DNA of 64,000 bases from Toensbergia leucococca (taxonomy: Eukaryota): NCBI GenBank assembly GCA_022813965.1, contig JALDZS010000006.1:1-64000 (forward strand), read 5' to 3'. Below, in pieces: positions 24,501-35,604 of the stretch. Below the pieces are notes generated by a model. It had not been told where the DNA came from and did not search any database. It saw only the letters and a list, made by a program, of their open reading frames with translations. Within the stretch, counting starts at the first letter, position 1. Each line of letters opens with the position of its first letter. The translations under genes and the position numbers were made by a program.

Positions 24501-24790
24501 GAGAGTGGTAGAAAGGACGAGCACATAGTATAGATCTTGATCTTGCAACGCTGGATTCTGCCATTTTTCTTTCTCAGGTTCAATCTTTTAGATGGGGTTG
24601 AAAGGAGCTAGTAGTGCAAAGTTATTCAAGGACATCCTGAGCGATGATGTTTGGATTGAGAAGGTGAATTGTGATGTCAGGTAATTCAACTCACACTTGA
24701 CTCTTCACTGTAAATTTTTGAGCTCAAATGCTCCAACGAGAATTGCATCACATCATCATCATCTTAGACTTGACAGCAGTCTTTTTGTTC

Positions 24791-25515
24791 TTACAGCTGT
24801 ACATGACTGACAATCACTTTTTTGCACGATGCTTCGCTGCCTATTTCTTCACAGAGCATCAAAGAGCTGTTCTTAACTAGAACACATTCTTCAAGGTAGG
24901 TCTGACCGGCTTTGCTTTTGATTTTATAAACTTGAGAAAGCGTGTTGTAGCTCTCAACATCATATTGTAGTAATGAATTAGTCATTTCAGCTTGAGTATA
25001 AGTGACGCAGACTTGAGAAATAGAGCAAGTGATGTTGTGCGGTCTAGGTTCCATTCCCATTCCTTTCGCAATTCGACGTACTTTTCGCACTCCTCTCTGT
25101 AGTTGGTATGACTGTCGATCTTCCAGTCCCGGTTTTGTCTAGCCATCTCGTCAATAACTCGCTGACGGTCTTTCTTATTGGCGTAAGTGTTTTCAAACAT
25201 GACATTTTTTTCACGAATTAGCGAACCGAAAGTATCCTTAATTTGATACTTTGTGTTGGGTAATTCCATGAATATCTCATTGGCATAGTCAACAGATTCC
25301 TTCGAGGTACCGTCCGAAATAACGAGGAAAGCCGGCTTGCCCGATGTCACCTTAGGCATGTTGGTTTTTACCCATTCTTTCGACCGCGCACTATCCGTGG
25401 CTATAACGACGAGATTTTTGGTTAGACTTGTGTTGGTCCCTGGCTTTGATGATAATTTCAGTGGCTCCGTGTTGGTGTACCCTCCTGCTGGACCGCCGTT
25501 ATATAAAGCTATCAC
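24791..25515 (-). pseudogene. Relic of an unknown gene, paralogous to 17738-18313
   Basis: GGYTNTEPLKLSSKPGTNTSLTKNLVVIATDSARSKEWVKTNMPKVTSGKPAFLVISDGT followed by a helical, charged region. No ATG start. A probable intron GTCTGC..CTAAT..CAA has a damaged acceptor. Confidence 0.65.
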
Positions 25516-27158
25516 TCAGTATATAATTCATGTTTGTCAGAGCAATATATGCCTTGATAGGTAGAACAACTCAATACTGAGTAGTAGACAGCCCATTGTG
25601 CTTTGGTGGTGTTGAGAGTGGCAAGCACGTTCATGCTGGTCCGGGGGAGGAGTATCCCAGGGCGATAATCCTAAGGTTAGCAATAGTGAAAGGAAAAGAA
25701 TGACGAGGCGTGAACGTATTCAGTTGAAGATCAAGACAGTTTCTTGAGTGAATATGAGGTGATGACTAAGGGTGAAAATGAGGCGACCACTCAAGTGAAG
25801 CACAAAACAGTCTCTGAAGTAAAGGAAAAGTTTACTCAACGGTGCTCCTACATTGACTTGTATTCTTCTGTTAGCATCGATTGATTTATTCATGACTTTC
25901 TTGCTGATTTGAGCAACTTGTAAGACAGAATCACTATGAAACTCAAATTGATGTCATGAATAAAGCGCTCTGAGGCGCTTTAGTTACTTGAGGCATATCA
26001 AGTAGTAGAATGAACATCCTCAAAGATGGGCTTTACTGAAAAGATTCAAGTGGGTGCAGCGAGGACTACTGCCAGTAACGTCATCATCTTCATGGTCTGA
26101 TCAAAGGAAAAGTTCTATAGTCTTTAGCAAAGATATGTTAAAGCGCACAAAAAGCGATTCTAGAAAAACACAAGTAACTTCAAAGTATGTTCCGTGCTGA
26201 GTGCCTAGGAAGAGCATTGGTATCAGTGACCCTAGGCTCTTGGCCAGAAGAGAACCAAATCAACGGTAGTGAAAACAGAGACTCGACCACTGTGCTGCGG
26301 AACACCGCTTCGCCCCTAAACCCACGACCCTCAGCAGCCCCGACGCCATCACCTACGTCACTGAAGCCGACTTTGCCGAGTCGGAAGCACGAGTCGACGA
26401 GGGTGATCCGTTTGTGCGATTCCCGAGTATTTATCTTTATCTAGCGGCATAATACCAGCTCGGTGCTTCTTCTGCATACAAGAAATTGGCTTGCCATTCT
26501 CGCTCTTGAGCAACACTCCTGATCCTTTGAAGGAAAGTCAGTCCCGTTCCATTGGTGTAATTGAAGAATAGAACTCACCTTTTCTCAGTCACGCGCTAGC
26601 GTCTAGTATCATCTTCCCTAGCTACCTACAAACACAAGCGTAAGGTCACCTTTTATTGTATGGCCAGGTTCGCAGGGATTGAGCTGTGAAGGATCACGGG
26701 TGGTCAGGGCAACCGTTGCACTAATCCGAAATTGCTTTGTTATTGTAGAAACAGGATTGGAAGGACTGCATGTTTAGTAAGAATGTCTTTCAGCTTAAGT
26801 ATCCGCATCGCAAGGTGTTTTGGCTTTGTCGGAGGTTTCTTTCGGCCCAAAAAGGACGATTCCCATCCCGCCTTCTCTCCATCTTTAGATGTCATTGATG
26901 CAAGAAAAGCCTTGGGCTACCGCTCTGGTTCTTGTTTTTTTATTGATTCGAATAATAGAATGAATGAATACTCTCCAAAATTTTATTGGATGCAACTCTT
27001 GATCAGTTATCAAAGACAGTTGAAACTCACGTAAGCATAGTAGAAGCCATGTTAGAGTCAATAGGCGGTTTGACAGGCAGCGACCATCAATTATCGAGAG
27101 ACTTCTTTATTCTTAGGACGAGGAAGATTCCACGTCACCTGCGGATGTCTTGAGTATT

Positions 27159-27394
27159 GTATACTTTTTTCTCGATTGCTGCGGCTCTATACACTCATCC
27201 GACTGTATCCCAGAGCCCCTAGGAGGAAGTGCAGTGTCTTGAAATCCGATTCTTTTTGTTAGATGCAGAGCCTAAAAGGATTGCTCTCAGGACACGACAC
27301 TGTTTGGTATACTTTTTTCTCAATTGCTACGGCTCTGTACACTCAGCTGACTTGATCCCAGAGCCCCAAGGAGAAAGTGCCCTGTTTTGGAAAT
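27159..27394. repeat. Imperfect direct repeat, ~87 bp x2, period 148 bp
   Basis: GTATACTTTTTTCTC(G/A)ATTGCT(G/A)CGGCTCT(A/G)TACACTCA...ATCCCAGAGCCCC..GGAG.AAGTGC starts at 27159 and 27307. Confidence 0.85.
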
Positions 27395-28169
27395 GAGGCA
27401 TTCCTCAACGTTTTCGCAAAGCCAGCCCCTAGCTCTCAGATCCTGGCTTCCATAAACATCATCACTGTTTCTTTGCCTGCTGCGGCAAGCTTGATGAGTA
27501 GCTTGTCTCCTGTCTATTGGGCTTTAAAGCCCACGACCATGATAACCCTCAATCTGAGAGTGAAAGAGACATTAGTCGAGATAAGATGAGGACTAGATGA
27601 GGAGGGTGTTGGAAGAGCACGGAGTGCCTCTTTCAAGTGCCATCTCACTGATACTGTTCCGAAGAAGATAGGTATGCCTTTAGCAAAGGCACTAGAAGAA
27701 CAAGCGGTTGTTCCCAGCAGCTACTGGCATTGGCTGGCATGAAAACATTTATCAATACCTGAGAGCTGTAAGTGGCGGTTACGAGGCTGGAGGTAAGTAA
27801 CGTTCCAGGGATATTTGGCTGAGACTAGATCAGAGCAGATGATGTGTTCGGAAGTGCTGCTGACGGCGGTGACTTGATCAGAGTGAACACAATTTATTGA
27901 GAAGAAAGAAAGGAGGTGGGGGTGATAACTGAGCAGGTATAGTGTCTGGAGTGGGGAAGGCGGTTGTTCCGGTTGAGCTGGGCGTGAGATGCAGGTTGCT
28001 TTCTCTCCTCGAATACTGCAATTATCGAGCATCCTCGAGCCGAAGCTGTTGTTCATCCCTGAATCAGGTCTCTTTATTCTGCCTGGGCTCGTTCTGGTGT
28101 CTTCAAACCGGTACTGCCTCAATGGACCGAGGATGTGGACGTAAATTTGGTCCCTCAGCTGGCAGATAA

Positions 28170-28751
28170 CCGCAGCAGCTGAAGGGCACCTTTGAGAGGA
28201 TCAAATTCAGGATCAACGCCGCTCTGAAGGCGGCAGTTGATACCAGCTTTGGGGTCCGTCAGGAGTACCGCATCACCCTGACATTGTTCAGAACCTTAGA
28301 CTGAGCTGAGTTGACCGTGACGCCTCTTTTCTTGCATCTGATCCGGCATCAATCAAGCAGCACTGCTCTAACATCTTCTCAAAGCACATCAGTGACAGCC
28401 TGCATGACATCTACCTGAATAGATCTGAACCCGACATCATTGCTGAACACTGTGTCAGCAACATCCTCCCCTCTCTTTCATCTACCTTTCTGGGTCCTGA
28501 ACACTGCAGAAGTGCTGCGGTACATGAAAGCGGACATCAATCGCTGGCTGCTCGGCATTGAGACGCTGACGTTTCAGGTGAACAGCGGCGTTGCAGACCT
28601 GCCTCCAACGTCATCAGAAAAGCGGCTCCTCAACGGAGTCATAACGACGGCCCTGCTTCGCTCCCTGCGCTTCGCCATTGCCTGTGATGACCCTCTCATG
28701 CACCCTGAACTCTGGAAAACGGCCTGGCATGCAAAAGCATGGCGTTCCTAG
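28170..28751 (+). pseudogene. Internal fragment of a fungal hypothetical protein (SFGVRQEYRI ... LLRSLRF motif)
   Basis: Single frame 28170-28751 with two TGA stops and protein-like composition; ends abruptly at the gypsy junction. Confidence 0.55.
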
Positions 28752-29830
28752 TGTCTCATATTAAGGGATTGTATGATTCGATTGTAGGTCCGATGATACC
28801 CCTCGTGATGCTGTTGGTCATGAGCTAGTTCAAATATGTCCTTTTCCAAGGAATTGGGTATACAGAGACGCTCTCGTCCATCATTGAAATTGGTGTAATA
28901 CACCAATTCATGGCGCAATTTAAACCGTAAGCCCAACCTCTTTGCTCTATCATCGAGGTCCTCCGGGTCAGTTTCACTGGCCCCAGCATTTTCAGTATTA
29001 GCGGAATCGGTTCTTCCAGGATTCAGTGGATTCCTAGGAGGATTCAGTGGATTCCTAGAGCTGGCGGTAGCGTTGTCATCCAGCTCAACTCGCTGAAGAA
29101 GTGAAACAAGCTTATTCCACTGAGGATCATCAAGGTAAGCTTGCATAAGTGTTTCCTTGAAAGACTTGAGAATTTCTACCAACGTAACGTGAAAAACCTC
29201 GGGCATATTCAGACACAACTGCGGGATAGGCGTGGATTCTGGTCAGCCGACGTCCCCATAGAGCGCATCTAGTATGCCTTCATCTCTAGAGTTTCTGCTT
29301 ACCTCTGAATTATGTGGCAAACGGGACAGGGCGTCTGAAACGATATTGGCCTTTCCAGCTTTGTGACGAAGTTCTAAATTGAAGGCGGAGAGGTACTGTG
29401 AGGCCCTAAGAAGCCGCAAATTGAGCTTTTCCGTCAACGTGGTATTGAGGCTAGTTTGTCGAGAGATGGGCACAGCCGCTGAATGGTCGGTATATATTAT
29501 GATAGGCGGCTTCTCAGTGGAGTCCACCATATGTCGGGCCTTGCGTACGACCCACACGACGCCAGCAACCTCAAGTTCAGTCGGCCAATAATTCTTCTCT
29601 GCTGCGTTTAAGCATTTGCTTAGAAACATAATTGGTTGTACTAATGTACGAGGTATTCTGATATTTGTAGTGTCCTCCGGGTCACCTTCGATGTGATATA
29701 TCATGGCCGCGAATCCGACTACTTTGGAAGCGTCGAGATCGATGTACAGCCGTCGGTTCTTGTCAAAATGAACCAAGAAGGTTGACGATTCAAAGGCTTG
29801 TTGTAGGTCTTCAAAGGCCCTTTTCTCACC
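28748..29830 (-). mobile_element. Ty3/gypsy LTR-retrotransposon pol internal fragment (RT connection, RNase H, start of integrase zinc-binding domain); no LTR, RT core or integrase core
   Basis: RNase H residues in LDASK, PTELE, YTDH and SDALSRL; RLCIP..L.KDIFELAHDQQHH.GYHRTY integrase H2 half. The two ORFs are in one frame separated by a single TGA at 29245-29243. Confidence 0.92.
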
Positions 29831-32800
29831 CCCGCAACACTCCTCTTCAACCACGCGTCAATTTGCTGGGACTGAGATACAAGAGAAGCCTGCTCACTCA
29901 TGGCTTTGCTCAGTTGCCGGAGAACATGGTCTCCTGGGAGTCTTGACGGCGGCCCCTACAATGAAGATCGAGGCTCAGTTGTGCAGATTGACGGCCTGCT
30001 GTGGTTGTCAAGAACGGAGTTTCGTAATCGCATCTTCAATTAGAGGCGAAGCACCTGCCCAGTATGGATCCATCGACAATGAAAATTCCATCCAAATGTC
30101 TCATCCCACATCCGAGGCTTTAAACCAGGTGCCAGCAATACCTGGATCGTTCGAGATAGGATCGGAGAGTGTCGATGGCGGCACAAAAAGTTATACTAGT
30201 TAGGCTTGGGCAAGCTTGCCCTTTCACCACACCCTTAAGGCTCAGCAGGATCTGTTCCATCAACACTTACTCGCGGACCACTTCTTCATTAGCAGCGAAC
30301 TGCCAGAATTCGACTCTTGAGAACCCCTGAGTACGTGAAAGCGCAGGTTCATTTCTCCCGATAGTCTTGATTGCAGATTATTTTTGACGGTCTGGTATGA
30401 GTACACGCCGTTTTATACGGAAGAAGTTCCAAGAATCCGATTCTCTCTCTTGTACTTCTGAGTTGTCGAATCACCACCAAGCTGAGGACCTAGATATATA
30501 GAAGTACTGGCCGTACCGTTTCTGAGATCGTCGACTAGTGCAACGACTCTGATCGAGGCATTGACACTTCCATTCTGGTCATTGGCCACTGCTATGATCG
30601 GGTCTACCGGGAGAGTTCAAAGCACGATAAGTATCGGCCAAACTCAGTTAGACGGACAAAAAGATACCTTGTGGATGATGCATTGTAAAATGAGGGGGAT
30701 TCGATCATATATGCCAAGCATTTCGTGAAGTGCAAGTAAGATTTTCACAGCCTCCTATTGTTACTTCGAGTTATGCATATCAGCAAGACGGCAATTTGTT
30801 TTGTTCATTCAGATTTGACTCACAATTTCCGTACCTTTATATGTTCCTTCTCCTAGCATGTCTTCTATTCTCCTTGAGTCGCACCCAATATATCCACTGG
30901 TGCCTTACAATTCCCCAAGCTTGCACCACCTACGTTCAAGCTAGTCGTCTCACCGCTGAGCGATTGAGTATTTTGGCGTTTTCAGCCTACGCCTGCCAGA
31001 AGCTTTTCCAGATCTACCTTAGGGTAAGACATGACCTCTGAAGAACCCCAGGTCCACGTCTGAGTTTTCAAGTTTTCGAGTGACCGAAGGTCTTGAACCC
31101 CAAAGCTCGTGTCTACTCGATTTTTGATCTCCCAAACAGCAAAGAGCTTCTTCTTGTAGATTCAACCAGACGGTTGACCGGGTTCGATATCCATTTCAAT
31201 ATCGCCAAACGATCGACTTGTCTCAAACGTACATCGAATTGGTGGATCTGCAATAGAAGATTTAGACCGAATCAAAATCTGACACTACACTTTAGCTATG
31301 CAGTCATTAACATTCTTACTGGATCGACATGAAATACCATCATCATGGAATGATAGTATGGACTCCAGCGATTCTTGACGACTAAGTGCCAAAGCTGCCA
31401 TTTTGTTGATTTTCGCATTTCAAGCTCCAATGAGTCGATTTTATTCTTTGATTCAAAACCTTCGTGCGTCCTTTGCCGTTGGTTTCAAAATGTCTCCAAA
31501 AAATGGTATCTAATCAGAGGGTGCGAGTATGATGACTCATGTTTCTTCCTCGTTCGTCTCTCCGCGTCTCCTGCTCCAATCCTCTTGCCAATGTCGAAGA
31601 TGATTAATTTTCTAAGTGATACAAAGAACTGATCAAGAAAGTTCACCGTATACTTCACAGTAGACGGTCAACGAGATTGCGTAAGCCTGAGATTACACAT
31701 GCCGGTCGGCTACAAAGTAGATGTTCTTATTCGTCCCAATGAAGCGGAGAATGTCCTTCTCTTGTTAAATGTTCCGAGGGACCTCCAGTGCTTGAGGCTT
31801 GCAATTGGCCACTTCTCTACCCGTTTCAGAAGGAAAGCTCAGATAGTTCTTTGAGCCTCATCGATGTACTCCTTACGCAGGTTGCAGCCCCGTTACATAT
31901 TATACATCTTGTCGGTTCGTCTCCGAGGCTAACTTCATCGAGATACTTCACCGGGTGCTTCAGAGTGGATGGTCGACGAGAGAGGTTAAATATATGATAG
32001 CTAAGATCATCCGCATCGCAAATTACAGTAGCTAATGAGGTTTCGGGTCCCTCTGATGGATCAGGGTAATTGTTGAACGTTGTCGAAAGCATAAAGGTGT
32101 TTCATAAAGCGCGTTGAGCAGCCCACGTGCTCGCGATGAACAATAGAGTTTTCTTAGATCCATGCCCTAGGCGGATCCGTTGATGCTGTAGGGAGAGTTT
32201 TCCTTTCATGCGCGACGTCTTGGCCACGACTGGCTTCTTCGTTTTTGATGACCTCCACTTGATGATGATCGATGAATAGGTATTTCTACGAGTCGTCCCA
32301 TATCGGAATCCTGGCTTTCTGGTTCGTGAAGTCCCTTTTTCTGAAGCTCTAGTACTGGTGCTGCTCATCCGTTCCCTGTCCGAGATCTCAAGACGAAATT
32401 GTAATCTCACTGTACCGAACTTGACTTCTACTATAAACACCTGAGTCTCTGACATCGGCAGCTGATCGTTCTGCCTTCAGTGATTGGACAATACTTCCAC
32501 CAGGACGTTCTATCCAGCCATCTTTGGCCCTTGAGGACGAGGAAGATGACCACGAGCTGGAACATTTGGATTCTCAGGAGGCAGTGACTTTTCTGGATAG
32601 CTGGCGGATTCGCATGAATATTAGCTTGAGCCTAATCAAAAGACACCCCGACGCGGAGTAGCAATCTTCGGTATAAGAAGCTACAAAGCCCGGCCATCGT
32701 ACCTGACAGCAAGGAATACGCAGATGTGAGGAAGACAGTGATTACTTACTGCATGTGTCCTTGTTGCTTCCAAGGTTTGCTGCAAGACCACATCCTTCCT

Positions 32801-34140
32801 TGACAGTGGTGATTCTTACCTGTATCGTAGCTGCGCTTGGAGGTAGCGTAAGTCACAAACCAATAGGTAGGCTATGATTATCAAGTGTATCGGAATGCTT
32901 TACGTACTAAATCTGAAGTCCACGTTGATTAGTATACACTCATCAGAAGAAAGCTTCGGGGTAGTAGTGGAGTGCCCTATTTCTAAAGGAATGTGAGTGG
33001 GAGCTTGATGAGAATCACTTGTAGATTACCTTCGAGCGATGGGGTGGCGAATACCTCTAGATGAGTGGTGGATAGAAGATGGTAGACATAAGCTCAATCG
33101 TGTCTGAGTTGATGAGAGAGTAAGTGGTGAGGACGGCAAAGATGCTGGGATCCTAGACTTTACTGTGTCTGACGGTAAAAGATTTTGCCTAAGGCTGTAA
33201 GCATGCAAAAGGACGGTTGACAGATATAGATGAGAATTTGTGGGTCAGGAGGTGGTTGACATGACATCGTCCCAGAAAAACGGGGTGAAGATTGAAATGA
33301 ACTTTGTGTCTTGAATTCACCATACATGATTTACCCTGAAGGCATTTGTAAAACCGTAGCAACGTGTATCTTCTATCTTAGGGGCTCGGCGCTGCTCGAC
33401 GTAGTAAGCTCTCTTTTGTCCTTATCCACATTCGACAATCTCAGCCATCCCGCAAGCAACCAAACAATCAAGGCCACAGAATCGAGCATGGCTCAATCTT
33501 TCACATTGAACGAAAACTAGGGCTTAGCATGTCCTCTAGACCACGTTTCTTTGTCTCTGCTTTCATTTTCTAGAACCACAAGTACAGACATGCAGGTTCT
33601 CCGAAAGACAGACCCATTACGCTTCCGTCACCTTTGTCACCCGTAGGTACGAGTAAGTAACAGTTCCAATCGCAGGTAGCTATTGAAACACTTGGGGCTG
33701 ACCATAAAGGATACTTACTTCCTAAGACCTAAAGTACCTCAACAATGTCAAGCACATGCTCTTTACTAATGGACATCTTTGTCATTACTCTTTTCGAACG
33801 CTCCACGTCTCCCCAGACTAATCCTCCATCCTATGCGAGCGGAAAGTTCTTTGCATATTCCGAGCTGTTGAGTCTACACAACTATCAGCTATCAAAGGAA
33901 ATCCTGTCAGTAGGCCTGGGATGATCTTGATGAACATCCAAATGAGGTAGCTAACCTGGCCTGAAGCTCTACGCTCTTACACTGTGTTCTTCTTGACACC
34001 GTTCCAGGTGCTTGTACTGCTTCCGCCATTCATTCCCTCACAAAACGCAGCCAACCCCATTGGCCCTTCCAAGCTTCCCCTACAATATTCGCACCAAAGC
34101 AACTTCTTCCAGGTTCTGGAGCTAAGACTCCTCTCGGGGC

Positions 34141-35306
34141 GCTCAAACACAATTTGGGTATTTTAAAGAAAATCCTCGAAATCCTCGTCCAGTTTGGAGA
34201 TGTACCCCATGTCCTGGTAAACTGCGAGTAAAATTACTCGAAATACCAAACCGAAAATGTTACTGGTACATGAGAAGCTCACCCACAATTTGGGTATTTT
34301 GGAGAAAATCCTCGAGATCCTCGTCCAGTTCCAGAGGAACAACTCTCGAGGTCGACAGGGTGGGGTTACCTTGCGAGTACCTCCCAAACAATCAATGCCG
34401 CCAACGACCAAGGTGTCTTTACCAGCTTTTTTCTTAGCACGTCAAAGAGAAATCTACTGAGGTCGGTGAAATGATTGATCCATCATCAAGAGGCGTCATC
34501 TCCATATCCGAGGCATTCGCTTCGAATCCCACCATCCACTCGACAGAATTATGTTGTATCAGGCAGAAATGATATGAGAACAGGTCTCTTCCGTCATACC
34601 AGCCTCGTTCGCTGCCTGCGAGTCCGATATGGAGATGCCGATCATCCCAGTCCGGCTGTGACCAATTTTCGTCGTACGAGATCCATTCTCAGCCGAGCGA
34701 GGATGAACCGTCGAGTCAGAATATTCGTACGGCCGGAAAGTCTATCCTCTTAGTGAGAAGCTCAACCACAATTTGGGTATTTTGCAGAAAAGCATCAAGA
34801 TCCTCATCCAATTCCGGAGAAGTTCAACCACAATTTAGATACTTTGGAGAAAATCTTCGAGATCCTCGTCCAGTGCCGGAGATGCACCCCATTTCCTGGT
34901 AATGAAGAAACTGTTCCAGCTTTCTTCGGTCGCAGGAGGAGATACAGATGGCTCCTCTTCTCGAAATGGCATCGACGAGCCGAAGGACCCTGTTGACTTG
35001 ATGCTGTTGATATTGCAACTAGGGGAGGAAGAAGGCCCTTGTTATACCTTTGAGGGAGTGTCTCATCAGCTAGCATGGTCATCTGCGTGTTCGACTGCCT
35101 CGACCCTGGCCTTGCGAACTGCCTCTTCTTGAAGAAACTGGTCCGGCTTTCTTCGGTCGCAGGAGGAGATACAGATGGCTTCTCTTCTCGAAATGGCATC
35201 GACGAGCCGAAGGACCCTGTTGACTTGATGCTGTTGATGTTGCAACTGGGAGAGGAATGGCTGCGAGTAAAATTACTCGAATACCACACCAAAAATGTTA
35301 CTGGTA
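34141..35306 (+). repeat. Modular local repeat cluster: A (~62 bp) x4, B (24 bp) x2, C (128 bp) x2, D (46 bp) x2
   Basis: A at 34141, 34272, 34755, 34817; B at 34197, 34879; C at 34903, 35130; D at 34222, 35261. Confidence 0.88.
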
Positions 35307-35578
35307 TAAAATCCATTGAACAGCATCGATGTGCTCTTTGCAGTATCTTTCATCATTACACAGGTATTCCATATAGCGTACACCCATATATACCCCTGAG
35401 GTAATGGTCCGGTCACTCACCGGGGCTGACTGTACTACCTGGCACTGGCTTCCTTCTCTTTGGGTGCTTCGCAGCTTTCTGACTAGGGGATACACGAGCA
35501 GGACGAAACCTTGTCTTCGCCCCGAGACGCACAAGGTCTTCATAGTCTCTATTTTCAAACCGGCGATCGCAAGGCATG

Positions 35579-35604
35579 GTGTGTGTGTGTGTGTGTGTGT
35601 GTGT
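35579..35604. repeat. (GT)13 microsatellite
   Basis: Directly visible. Confidence 0.95.

Noticed and set aside
27518..27533. Perfect 16-bp palindrome TGGGCTTTAAAGCCCA
   Set aside because: About one such palindrome is expected by chance in 64 kb; no supporting context.
31100..32460. Possible NACHT/NLR N-terminal relic (RLAILKWIS on the minus strand)
   Set aside because: No Walker A motif follows and the frames are too broken to assign.
34141..34880. CRISPR-like array from the ~62-bp A repeats
   Set aside because: Eukaryotic context, irregular spacing, degenerate units and no cas genes.
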